The notes: generated from the sequence alone by a model not told the origin. DNA of 63,171 bases, filler included, from Basidiobolus ranarum (GCA_040143965.1; 14 parts of 14 records of this genome joined end to end with filler, not necessarily neighbours in it), one strand, 5' to 3'. Shown: positions 51,240-63,171, counted from the first letter of the whole stretch. A program made the numbers and translations.

Positions 51240-51395
51240 TCAGAAGGTTAGATCTTCCATGGAGTTGATCAGGTACATGGATACCTCTCTCTCTGACAGA
51301 AACTCAGCACGCTTCTCCATTGGTAGTGCTATCACTTGGGTGCAAATGAAAAGAACAATCGGAAGCACAAGCTTGATGCAATTTGAGACATTCAT
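51240..51395 (-). CDS. 51-aa secreted peptide precursor (signal peptide, LPMEKR, 22-aa peptide)
   Basis: MNVSNCIKLVLPIVLFICTQVIA-LPMEKR-AEFLSEREVSMYLINSMEDLTF*; A at -3; below the ORF-track cutoff. Confidence 0.65.
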   Translation of the reverse strand: MNVSNCIKLVLPIVLFICTQVIALPMEKRAEFLSEREVSMYLINSMEDLTF

Positions 51396-52330
51396 AGTAG
51401 GTGTAACGGCTAGAGATCAACCAGGAAGCTGAGTAATTTTGCTGATGGATCTGGGCTATGTTCGAAAGGTACGGTATGACGAGGTGAGGTGGGGTGAGAT
51501 GGGAAAAGAGGAGTCAAGGTGTTTTGGTGATACTCAACTTGAATCTACGGTTCAACTATTTCTCTTGGTTGGTTGGTTGGTTGGCTGGTTGGTTAGTCAG
51601 TCTGAGTTACTTTGCTAGCTTCGGTTCAACACCAGCCTTATATTCGGATTTCAAGAGAGTCGTCAGTTTCAGGAGGTGGGTAACTCTACATTAGTTAATA
51701 TCTTGGTTCGTCAACATTGTATGAGCATAGAATGAATGGATGTTGTCATTGTTGCTCTTGCCTCCTTTCTCTTTCCTCTTTACCTCTTCATCCCTGTTGA
51801 GCAACCCCTATTCCTACTGGAGAGTGCATTGAATGATCGATTCTCGATTGGTCAGAGAGTTGAACCAGTATAAATCAGGACAAAGCTTAATGAGTTTGAG
51901 CAAAGCAAGGCTGCTGAAACCATTCTGTGATACTTTCCACACGCCAAATCAACCTTTTTACTCCCACCTAATTTGTCTCAAGTCTACGCTGCTGATTATG
52001 TCGAGTGGACATAGATGTACTTGGCATTTTACTTATTTGTTCAAGTCAGAAGTAGGGTGACCTTTCTGTAATTGTATTTTTCAAGTTATCTAACCGCTTG
52101 TTACAAGGATGACCAATAAAATCCATCTAAACTTAATTCATATTTTATACATTAACTTACATTGTAAAGTAGATAAATGATAACTATAATATGCTACAAT
52201 GTATAGACATATATTCGGAATTTCTTGATGAATAGTTACGAAACATGGTAAAGAGTTTATTCGAAAAGTAATTTGTATTTATTTACTCAGAAATGTGTAC
52301 AAAATCATTTAAAAATTCACGAGTTGTACT

Positions 52331-53784
52331 TCATACACGATATTTCTTTTCAATGTTTAATTTATCCATCACATTTTTTGGCATGCAGTAAACGGGATCA
52401 ACTTCTTTAAGTCCAGGATAGCCCAAAAGGGAGAGACCTGATATGAAATGAATGATTAAAATATAACTTCAATAACAGTGTACCAACTACAACGATGCTT
52501 ACCCGCAACGCCAAATACTGTGTGATATACGTCTGGCATATTTCCAGGACGATCTGCAAATCCACCAGTCTCAGTGTCCTAATAAAAGCAATTAGATTGG
52601 TACGACATGGTTAAACTTTATCATCTTTACCTGTGCTTCGAGAATGAAAGCTATCAGGGAGTCCTTATCAATCCAATGTAAGCATCCTATTATGCTTAGG
52701 GAAGAAAGAACCCACCATGAGTAACAGACCTTTTGAGATTAACCATTAGTTTCAAGTATAAAATCATTGTATTTTTAGAGATCCATACATCTTCCAACTT
52801 CTGTGGTCTGCCATTCAATCCACCATTTTTGAGTTGACGTTCACTCAACCACCAACCGAGGAGGTCCGAATCCACCAAATCTAACTTGTTTATTATAGCT
52901 AAAGCACCTACACAACAAAATACTGTGCCATTAAAATATTAAATTAGCTGTTCCATGAATAAAAAATGTTTACACAATCTATTGTAGTATTCATTTACCT
53001 TGAGCAGCATGAGACTCAGCTCCAGGAACACTCCCATAACCACCATCGAAATTTTTACAGCGATTCACGAAGTCAGCGGCCTTTTCTACATCGATAGTGT
53101 CTAATCTACCCAATAATGAAAGACAAGAAATCGCACAATAAGAAAAGCGAGTATCGATTTCACCCCATTGATCTCCACGGAAGGAGCCGTCTTCTTGGTT
53201 TTGTAAACCTGAAACATCTGGACGAAAGATTAGCTATATAGATAATAAAATAAAGGTTGAGAAAAGATACTAACATTTGACAACACTTTCTACGTTTATG
53301 GATTCAAGGGAATCATAAATTGTCAAGATTTGTATGGCACTTAAGGTGTAAATTAAATGTGGATCATGGCCTATATAGCCGCCAAAACCACCTTTTATAT
53401 TTCAACGAAAGGTTAAAAACAAAAACCACTACTTAAACGGAATAACATAAAAGCTTTTACCATTTTCATGTTGGCATTGCTGAAGTAGTTTGATAACATC
53501 CTCTTTCTTAAGCGTTTCAATGGAATCAAAAAAAGAAAGGGCTGTTAGACCCCAATAGATGCCATTGACACGTAAATGTTCTGTCATCCAATATTCAAGG
53601 TCATCTTTTCTCTAGAAAGGAAATTTACTTGAGTACTAATACTATAAAGCTGAAGTCAACGTAATATAAAAGGCTACTATATGAGCAAATCTCAATTAAA
53701 ACTAAAAGTACGCACCGTGTCAAGGCTCTCAATATAGTTGATATGAAGTTTCGACAGCAGTTCTTTAGGGTTATTTTGAGCCAT
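52331..53784 (-). CDS. BET2: Rab geranylgeranyltransferase (type II) beta subunit, about 8 exons
   Basis: [122 protein letters not shown] introns. Confidence 0.96.
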
Positions 53785-54054
53785 GTTTTGTAACTAGCCT
53801 ACTTGGGACACACCTTATTCCAAGCCAAATAACATGAATAAATATCAAGTAAAATCCCTCCGAGCATTATCAGATAGATCGATGATAAATTCAATCAGAA
53901 TCGTTATGCTCGATTGAATCACCATTTGGTGAGAACTAATCATAGCTACTTGGTGAATAAATTATTTCGATAAAGCAGAAGTTTTATTATAATGAGAAGA
54001 GTTTATTTCACGACTTTATTTACACTACGTTGCATTATATCTGCTACGAGCTAT

Positions 54055-54181
54055 TCAGTTCTTCATGTAGTTGCGGTTTCGATCTTCTAACTTTGGATCG
54101 CTTACTGAGGGATTTTGTACTCGTCCTGCAGATCCACCTTCCTTTGGGTTCCCATGTTCGTCAACATCAGCGAGTCTATGT
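54055..54181 (-). CDS. SMP/LEA-like hydrophilin, 3' part
   Basis: HRLADVDEHGNPKEGGSAGRVQNPSVSDPKLEDRNRNYMKN*, in frame with 49899-49782 through the shared 23 bp. Confidence 0.75.
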
Positions 54182-54654
54182 NNNNNNNNNNNNNNNNNNN
54201 NNNNNNNNNNNNNNNNNNNNNNNNNTTAATTAATTAANNNNNNNNNNNNNNNNNNNNNNNNNNNNNNNNNNNNNNNNNNNNGCTAAGTGATATTTGACTA
54301 AATAATGTTGACTAACTAATATGTGATATATGAAATAGTTAGGTGTATAAAGATAGGGATAACATATATGATAAAGACAATAAACTTCAACACATGGAAG
54401 GTCTTGGTGGAAATAAACTATGTGAGATGACATGATTGGTTAGGTTTCATGGAATGTTCTAAAGAACATGACTTCCATATAAGGCAATCTGGATGAATTA
54501 ACACAAGATTGCCAAGAAGGGATGACACAGCAGATATGATGTCATAATCTAAAAATAGAGGAGTTCTATTTGCAGTGGATTGTATGGCAAGATCAAAATC
54601 ATGACTAACAGAAGCTGAAAACATGGCTATCAGTGAAGCTATTTTTAGGAATTC

Positions 54655-55034
54655 AAAGAAACAACCTACCATAGCACTTTCAACAACAGAAGCAGAATAC
54701 ACAGCTATCTGTGAAGCAACAAAGAAAGCAATATAGTTAAGAAAACTTGCAACAGATTTAGATTATTCTCAAAATTCACTAACTACAATATTTCAAGATA
54801 ATATGAGTTGTATCAAATTAGCTAAAAATCCCATGTTTCATAATAGAGGCAAACATGTAGATATTAAGCATCACTTCATTAGACAGACTATAGAGAATAA
54901 GTTTATTGACTTAACTTATTGTGGTACAGAAAACATGATTGCTGATATATTAACAAACCATTAGGTAGACAGAAATTGGAGAAATTTAGACCTTTTGTGG
55001 GATTAGTTTATATAACTATTTAGTTGAGGGATAT
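54655..55034 (+). mobile_element. Copia RNase H end and PPT
   Basis: KKQPTIALSTTEAEY, KHVDIKHHFIR, MIADILT; close copy of 36252-36631. Confidence 0.92.
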
Positions 55035-55672
55035 TATTGAAATTAGCACTGCTTAAATACCTATATAATCTTATACAACTTAGTACTTAGTAATCTTATA
55101 ATTCACAAAGCTATTATCAATAAGTATCAATCAGAAATTACTCGGAATAATTTTTCCAACTTTGAAGTTCTCAGATATATAGATTTTTCAAACCTGTGCT
55201 AGAAGCCCCAAGCTTTGCACACATGTTTCTGCAATCTTTCTTAACACATTTTACACATTAGTTTGCTTACATCTTGACAAAATTATAAATGTCCACTTTC
55301 TACTCAACAAATCAACAAGTGAAAACTATCAATTCCTCTAATTCTCCAAACCACTTCCAACAGGATCCCAAATACTTTAACATATAATACACTAAGATAT
55401 TATCCACTATTCTCAATAGGAATCTACTTGGAGTATTTTTACTAACTTAGAAGTTCTCAGATATATAGATTTTTTCAAACTTGTGCTAGAAGCCCCAAAC
55501 TTTGCACACATGTTCCTGGGATCTTTCTTAACACATTTTACACATTAGTTTGCTTACATCTTGACAGAACTACCAATGGCAACTTTCTACATAATAAATC
55601 AATAAGCCAAAACTACCAATTCCTCCAATTCTCCAAACCACTTCCAACAGGCGGCTCCCAAATACATTAACA
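55035..55672 (+). repeat. Two head-to-tail LTR-A copies (55035-55382 full, 55383-55672 5'-truncated)
   Basis: Both contain AGAAGCCCCAA.CTTTGCACACATG and end AATAC(T/A)TTAACA. Confidence 0.88.
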
Positions 55673-56270
55673 CTTGCTTCAACTGAATGACTGCAGAAAT
55701 CCACTGGTAAAGAAGTGGCTAGCTACACCACCTTTAAATCCACTATCCTGCTGAAAACTGATACAAGATGACCATCTTGTTTCTGAATTAGCTTTACAGC
55801 TACATGAAACAAAAGAGCCCAAAATTGTTACTGTATACTTCCAGCTTGACCATTGTAAGCAATATCTTGCCTCCAAGACACCTTTTTTGATCCTCATTAT
55901 ATCAGGTTTTTGTCCTATTGTCCTTTTGGTTTGTACCAAGTATCTTCCTTTCTGCTGACCACCTGTTCATCTTGGCATTATATTAACATTCTCAGAGCTG
56001 GATTATATTGGTCATCAAGTTAAGTATGGACATGATTCAATTTTGTCACAATTTCTTGAAAATTGATATCTTGATTGGCACTTTATTTAGATTAGTATTT
56101 AAGCTAAATAAAGTCCACACCATCTGGTGTTTTTTATCCCCCCTTGTCACAATATCTTGGAAGATTGATGTCTTGATTGTCACAATGTTTAGATTAGTAT
56201 ATAAGCTAAATAACGACCACACCACCTGGCACTTCTCATCCCCCTAATATGACTATTAGTTGAGGAAGAG

Positions 56271-56618
56271 TGTTGAAATTAGCATTGCCTAGGCACCTAT
56301 GTAGTTATATAGAGCTTAGTACTTAGTTATCTTATATTTCACTTTGATATTACTCAGTATTCTCATTGGGAATTCCCTTAGAAAATTTTAACCAACTCAG
56401 AAGTTCTTGGATATATAGACATTTCAAACTTGTGCTAGAAGCTCTATACTTTCCACACATATTCCTAGGACCTTCCTAAACACATTCTAAACATTAGTTT
56501 GTTTACATCTTGGCAAAACTATAAATGTCAAGTTTTGACTCAACAAAGTAGTAAGTGAAAATCACCAATTTCCCTAATTCTCCTAATGACTTCCAACAGG
56601 CTCCCAAATACTTTAACA
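56271..56618 (+). repeat. LTR family A with residual PPT
   Basis: GTTGAGGAAGAG-TGTTGAAATTAGC...TACTTTAACA. Confidence 0.9.
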
Positions 56619-56639
56619 GAATATATCTAATCTTTCCAA

Positions 56640-57097
56640 AATTTGCAACTTGACTACTGCTTTTAACCTCAGCCACCAATATTTTGCATTTTTACTACTA
56701 CAACTTGCTATATCCAACAATGTTTTGCCAGTTGACTACCAGAATCTATCTCATCCATCTAATTTTTGCCACTTGACTTCCACTTTCTACCTCATCCATC
56801 AACATTTTGCAAGTTGACTACTACTTGTGATCTCATGCACCAACATTTGCTAGTTGATTACTAGAAATTACCTCAGCCAATTGAATTTTCTAACTTGACA
56901 ATCAATTTCAACCTCATCCACTCATATTTTGCAATTTGAACACCAAAATCTTCCTCATCCACCTAATTTTTGCAATTTAACTCCTACTTTTATCTTATCA
57001 ACTGTAATTTTGCAAGTTTACTACTAGAATCTACCTCATGCATCTAATCTTTGCAACTTGACAACCACTTTTTATCTCATTCACCAATACTTTGCAG
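56640..57097. repeat. Degenerate 41-bp minisatellite, about 11 units
   Basis: Units begin near 56640, 56681, 56722, 56763, 56804, 56845, 56885, 56926, 56967, 57007 and 57048. Approximate consensus ATTTTGCAA(G/C)TTGACTACYAnnnnCTACCTCATCCACCAAT. Confidence 0.88.
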
Positions 57098-58539
57098 GTC
57101 AATTAACAGGTCCACATCTTCCATCCTCATTTTCCTACTAAGTTATCACTTCTAATCTTTTTTTCACACATCATAGAAGCTGACTACCAGACTCAATATA
57201 GTAGCCAATTTGTTTCTGACAGCTTGTGCATTGTTTTCAGTACAAGCCTGCAAGGAAATTGTCTCATTTATATGAAAATATTGACATAGTAATTTTTTTT
57301 GATCTTTGCTAACATGCAGGTGAGAATCTTCACCAGGTCTTTTTCCCAACTTATATCTCACCAGGCTAATGTGGATGAGGTTCATCTGCCAACTTATACA
57401 TTGTGATTGCTATCATCTCCTCTATTACTTGTACAACCATTTCTAGCACCATTTCCAATACCACTCTTTCCAGAATTAGAAGTACCAGCTCCATTATTGT
57501 TGTTACCATGGCAATTATCTCCTCCATTTCCTTTGCCACTCTTGCTGTTGCTGCTTCCATTACTAACCTTACCAGCATCATATGCATCAGCTTCAATGCT
57601 ATCATTGCCATTGCAATTCTCTCCTCCATTTCCAATCAAATGGACCAATTTGGCACTCTAACCAAAAGAGTAGCATGGGCTAATTGTTGGTAGGGCTAAC
57701 AGGTACAATAAGTCCATACTTACTGTATGCACTCTTGTTGGAATGGCTTTAACCCTAACCCATGTTGACCAATCAAATGGTCTAATGTTGCACTCTTACC
57801 AGAAAAGTATCTCAGTATAATCAGTAGGAAAAGTCCACCTTACCAGAAAGATCATAACCCTAAATTGATTTAGATCAATCAAAGTTATGATTTTTCACTC
57901 TTACCAAAAGAGCAGCATGGTATAAGTGGTTAGGGCAGTATGGACACAATCCTGCACTCTCACAATACTTTAGAAGATTGATGCCCAGATTGTCACTTTG
58001 TTTAGATTAGTATATAAGCTAAATAAAGTCCACACCAGGTGCTTTTCATCCCTCTAACCCTAACCCTAAGTGGAAGCAGAGATGTTGTTGTATGCTATGA
58101 GTGGCAGATATTCAAACTAAGAGAGGCAATGGTTCCAATGAGAAAAAGACAAACTCTCACCAAAATTGAATCCACAAGTAACTTGGCTGGACTGTTATTT
58201 GATTTTAAGGTGATGCAACAGAATGAATATAAGTCAATACATGATAGAGCTTAAAAACTGGTAATCAAAATCAATAATATTCCCATCTCTGCTATGTCTA
58301 TAATTTACATGAATATGTTGCATATTTGCTAAATAATCCCTTTTAGAGAAATAATGATTCTTGCCCAAACTTTCACTAATGCCTATTTTGTTATAACTGG
58401 TCTCTTAAATAGATACCACAACTGCTGTTTTATCAAGTGTGAGTGACATATGGTGGTGGTTCCAGCTTTGCCTAGATCCTTTATTTGTGTAAGAACTGCA
58501 GTCTTTTCTTCAAATTGCACCAATCTTTGTTTCAGAGAT

Positions 58540-58678
58540 CCCTAACTGAAATTTGAGGATTGTTATTGTAGGAAAACCGTCACAATTTTAATCCATTTGG
58601 GATTGACCGTTTACTTCCCGTCATAAAATCGTCAAGTTAGATTTGATTTTAATCAATTTTTTCAGTTTCAGGAGTGAA
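58540..58678 (+). mobile_element. Left terminus of a CACTA/EnSpm-like copy
   Basis: CCCTAACTGAAATTTGAGGATTGTT..., matching 47253, 41712, 32970 and 49014. Confidence 0.88.
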
Positions 58679-58778
58679 NNNNNNNNNNNNNNNNNNNNNN
58701 NNNNNNNNNNNNNNNNNNNNNNTTAATTAATTAANNNNNNNNNNNNNNNNNNNNNNNNNNNNNNNNNNNNNNNNNNNN

Positions 58779-60096
58779 TATTCATCATATAAGTAAACTT
58801 TCCTTGTTCAGAAGGGTTTTAAGCTGGAAAACCAATCTTACTTGTTTGACATATGCTGGGAAGCTCCTGAATCAATGTACCACATTTCTCAGTCTTCCTA
58901 ACAGTTGCTAATAGGGCAGACACCTATTGATGATCTGTATCAGTGCTGACTTGATTTGCCTGTTCTGATTTTAGCTTTTTGTCAAAAGTCCTTTTTCTGC
59001 AATCTTTGATTAAATGTCCTGATTTCTTGCAATACTTGAAGTTAATTGATTTCCTGTTACAGGCACTGTTATTGAATCCTGTTGGATGTTTCACAGCTAC
59101 AAAAAATGGTTGATCCATATAGTTTTGCTGAGAATTAGAACTCCTTAATTCCTCACTCAAAAGCCTGGCACCAACATGTTTCCATGTTAATGGCTCTAAT
59201 CTCAGTTTTAAGGCAATTGTCAGGTTCCCAAACTCATCTGGACAGCTCCCAAGTAATGTTGTGACAAAGTCATCTTCATTTAGAGAGGCTCTGGTTGATA
59301 AGAGCGGATCTGCAATAGTTTTATCCAATTTGTATTATTAACCATGGAATTATCTGAGTTCATCGGCATTGATGATAATATTTGCCTAAGATATAGCCTA
59401 TTAACCAAGCTTTGAGTCTCATAGAGTCCCCCATGCACTTCCCAAGCAGTTGGACCATCTTTAGCTGAGTGTATTTGCCTCATTTGAAAGTCTCTGTGAT
59501 GTATTAAAAGTGTAGAGCAAGCTTTCCTCTGCTTCTTGTTAAAGGCAAAGATAGCTTCTAGTGGACCCTTTAACTCTATTTCTTCTCCTATAACAAATCT
59601 CCAAAATTATTTGTTTTCTAGCACCATTTGCATCTTGAACTTTGTAGGGTGAAAGTCTTTAACATAAAACTTCTCTGTGCATGCCAAATGTTGGTCATAG
59701 TACTGGTAAACATTCCTTTGACAGCTAGCTTGGGGTGCATCACCTGATAAAAAGGTCTGTGGGACTTTGGAGTGTATTACACAGGATTTAGATTTGTGAA
59801 TTAGACACTTGAGTTTTATTGAATTGAGTATATCCTATTTATAGTTTAATAAGAAATTGGATTATTAGATATGCTTAGATCACAACAGACATCCCTGTTA
59901 AGCATGGGTGAAGATTTGAGATGATTTGGACAAGTCTTGAGAAAATAGTGAAAATTGGTAAAAATGATTTAACCAATATTTCCATTAATTAGAGCTAAAA
60001 ACAAATGTTTTTGAATGATTGAATTAAGTGCTAAAAAATCAGAATATGCTCAAACTAACTACAAAATAGTGAATTGCTATAGAACTAATTTCAACA
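58779..60096 (-). mobile_element. Copia 5' end: LTR-C (59745-60096), decayed PBS, gag and protease start
   Basis: Homologous to 19068-20350; LVNRLYLR, KYCKKSGHLIKDC, WYIDSGASQHM. Confidence 0.92.
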
Positions 60097-60379
60097 TGTT
60101 CCCTGTCTAATAACAGGTGAAGTTAATTGAAAAGATGCAGGCACCAAGGCATTTAACTTGTAGTCAGTTTTAAAGTAATAAGATATCGATGGATGTAGTC
60201 TGGGGATTACACAAGTTGGTGGTTTTCACTTTTTCTTTACAGTATTGAAAGTAGATATATATCATTTTCACAAAATGCAAGCTAACTAAGATGCAGAATT
60301 AGTAAGCAAAGGGCACAGGATTATTTGCATAAAGTTGTGGGCTTGTAGCATAGGTTTGCAAAATCCATATCTCTAATTA

Positions 60380-62690
60380 AGGTGCTTGAAGCATTTGGAA
60401 ATGTTTACACAAGAATTGGACTTGTGGATTAGATACTAAAGATTTATTGAATTGAATATGTCCTCTTTGTATATTACTATGAAATAGCTCTATTTGACAA
60501 GCTTATATCATATTAAACATGCTAAAAGAGCAGAGGTGAAAATTTTGGGGTGATTTTGAGATGTTTTGAGGAAAGAGTGAAGATTATTATGCCAGCATGA
60601 TCTGCTATGCATTTGTAGAACTACTGTAATTCCCATTGAATGTTTATCATTTGTACCATACGCTAGGTACAAGTTGGAGTCCATAGAGTGATTTTTGCAG
60701 CTTTCAGGCCATATTGGAGACTTTTGGGCCAACAAACCTTCTAGCTTCTTCATATGAATTTTTCCTTCCAGATTACCATTAAGAAAGGATTTCTTAACAT
60801 GCATTTGATGAAACAAAGGTCATGGCTGACTGATACCTTTGAGATTCATCCACTGGAAATAAGCTTGGCTGCTACAGCAAAGGCTTCATGATAATTAACT
60901 CCTGCAATCTAGAAAAAACCTTTTGCAACTAATCTTGTTTTTTACCACTTTACAGTTCCATCAGCTTGGTATTTGACTGGTTTTGATACAGACATGCTAA
61001 TCTCCATGTTGAAGTATTTACAGTGTCTAGGATATATCTAGACTAATTCCACAAGATTTTCTGGTTAGGTATATCTCTCCTGATTTGAATTCCATGGAAT
61101 CTACTTAATATGCTAATATCAGTCATATGATATAGTTATGAAAAGCTGATTTTCATCTGATTGAGTGCCTCATGTTCATTTGTGTCTAAAAATCAAAATA
61201 TTGTAGTTGATAAATTTGAGAGCAAACTATAACTGCTAAGAGTTATGTTACCATATTACTTCTTTTGGTGCTTCACAAGCAGACATGTATTCAGCTCCTG
61301 CTCAAGAAAGTGCCATGCTGAGTTGTTTATTCAAATTCCTAGAAATAGGTCCAATACTGCAAGGATATTAATATTCAGTTGTATATCTCTTTTCTTGAAG
61401 ATCTGTTCCCCAAATTCATTCTCAATATCTCATCAGATCAAAAGTTTGATTCAGAATATATGTATTTTAAGCACGGATCCAGAGTACCTCTCAAATATCA
61501 GAAAATCTGCTCAACTGCTATGATTTGATTGGATCCATAATTTGGAATATATTGGAATATACTCCCACAGAATATGCAATATCTGTACATATTACAATCA
61601 TGATATTCATCTCAAGACTGAAAAAAAGTTGCTTAAACATCCATTTGATGTATAGTAAACTGATATTCAGCTGAAATAGCAAAAATCAATCCACTTAAAT
61701 TAAACTTTGCTACAGGAGCAAAAGTTTCGGTATATATGCCTGGTTCTTGGCAATAGGCCTTGGTTACTATTCTGGCCTGGTGCCTTTCTACATTACCTTC
61801 AGGGTTGTGATTAACTTTGAACACCCATTGGTAGCCCATTGATTTTCTATCATCAGGAAAGTTGGCTAAAGTCCAAGTTTGGCTATCAAGCAAAGCTTAC
61901 AAAGCATCAGACATTGCAGCTGTTCCAAATTCTGTGTGCGGAACAATCAAGGCCTCTTTAATAGTCTGAGCTTCCTCTATCTTAGTTGTGAATGCATGGG
62001 CCCAATTTTGGGACTTGATGATATAGTAATCAAGGCCATTTCTGATCCAATTTGGTCTCCTGGTTAGGGAACAGTACTGCAGCTTCAGGCATTGTATTGG
62101 GCACCTGAGTAGGCAGATTCATGGCTCAAGGGTCCACAGAAATGCTGTTATATCATTGTTTTGGTTTTAAGCAATATGAATTAAGGAATTGAGAGAAAAT
62201 TGATTTCATCATTATCTGAAGTCATTTAGGGTGCAAGCTTTTCATTTTCATTGAGCACAACATCACTGGACTTAATTAACTTTGCAATTTGGGTATCATG
62301 GTGACTGTAGCCCTTGAATATAGTACAATAACCCAAATATATGCACGTCTTACTTTGTGGATCAAATTTAGACTGATTTTTGGTCTTAATTCTGACATCA
62401 ACAATGCTTCCAAAGACTCTCACATGTTCTACATCTGGTTTAACTCCATACTAAGCATGATAAGGGGTAATATTAGACAGACATCTAGCAAAACTTCTTT
62501 ACTTCTGATATACAGCTGTCAGAACAGATTCAGACCAAAAGCTATAACATGAGTTTTTTGCATTTATCATAGATCTTGCCATTTCTTTCATAGTCTATTA
62601 GCTCTGTCAGCAACTGCATTTATTGATGTGAATAGTGTGCAGTAGTTGCTTAGTTCCATGAACTTTGCAAAAGTGTTTGAAATAATGTAG
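60380..62690 (-). mobile_element. Scrambled copia integrase/RT fragments and an LTR-C remnant
   Basis: RVFGS..KFDPQSKTCIYLGY, QWVFKV..ARIVTKAY..ETFAPVAK..HQMDV, HQMHVKKSFLNG. Confidence 0.88.
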
Positions 62691-62702
62691 AGATATATTT
62701 TC

Positions 62703-63171
62703 TGCTGAAATTAGGTACATGACAACTCATTATTTAATGCTTACCTAATTCAAATTCTAATTATTTAGCCCTTGATTCTGTCATTGCAAATCATGTGTTT
62801 ATTGCTCTAATTGATAGAAATATCAATTAGATCAGTTTTACCAATTTTCACTATTCTCTCAAAACTTCTCCAACTTTCATACATGCTTAACAGACATGTT
62901 TGTTATAATCTAAGCACACCTAATAGCTCTATTCCATAGTAAACTATAAATAGGACATATACAATACAACAAAGCTTTAGTATCTCTTACACAAATCCAA
63001 ATCCTGTCCAAAACACTTCCAAGTCCCCAAAACATTTTATCAGGTTATGAGTTCCAGCTATCTGTTAAAGCAATGTCCACCAGTACTATTACCATCATTT
63101 TTCCGTCCACAGAGAAGTTTGATGATGAAAACTTTACCTCTGGAAGTTCATGATGCAAATGGTGCTTGAAG
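62703..63171 (+). mobile_element. LTR-C (62703-63042), PBS (63043) and gag start
   Basis: TGCTGAAATTAGG...TTTATCA-GGTTATGAG; MSTSTITIIFPSTEKFDDENF. Confidence 0.9.

Noticed and set aside
56640..57097. CRISPR-like array
   Set aside because: The units are degenerate along their whole length with no unique spacers, the context is eukaryotic, and there are no cas genes.
58054..58069. True telomere
   Set aside because: Under three hexamers, internal to the contig, and followed by ordinary sequence.

Overview
This window is not one locus. It is 14 unrelated short contigs (4440 down to 4393 bp, in strictly decreasing length) joined by 100-bp N44-TTAATTAATTAA-N44 linkers. The DNA is from an AT-rich, intron-containing, repeat-rich fungus; an early-diverging lineage such as Zoopagomycota/Basidiobolus is my inference. 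About two thirds is decayed, CpG-depleted transposon DNA: one Ty3/gypsy relic, many Ty1/copia relics with three LTR families (A, B, C; family C has a half-tRNA-Met type PBS), and a self-nesting CACTA/EnSpm-type family with CCCTAAC termini. Host genes: a Sec7-PH Arf-GEF, an intronless aryl-alcohol-dehydrogenase-type aldo-keto reductase, a C2H2 zinc-finger protein, a protein ending in a RAD51AP1-like motif, the 3' end of PCNA, a mitochondrial RsfS/MALSU1, an LPMO-like gene with a nonsense codon, a PPR protein and Rab-GGTase beta (BET2). The most striking item is contig 49782-54181. Its two ends overlap by 23 bp and an ORF reads through the junction, so it is a circular or tandem 4377-bp unit. 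It carries BET2, two hydrophilin-like micro-genes and an unannotated 51-aa signal-peptide/Kex2-site peptide precursor. All calls are by eye; no searches were run.
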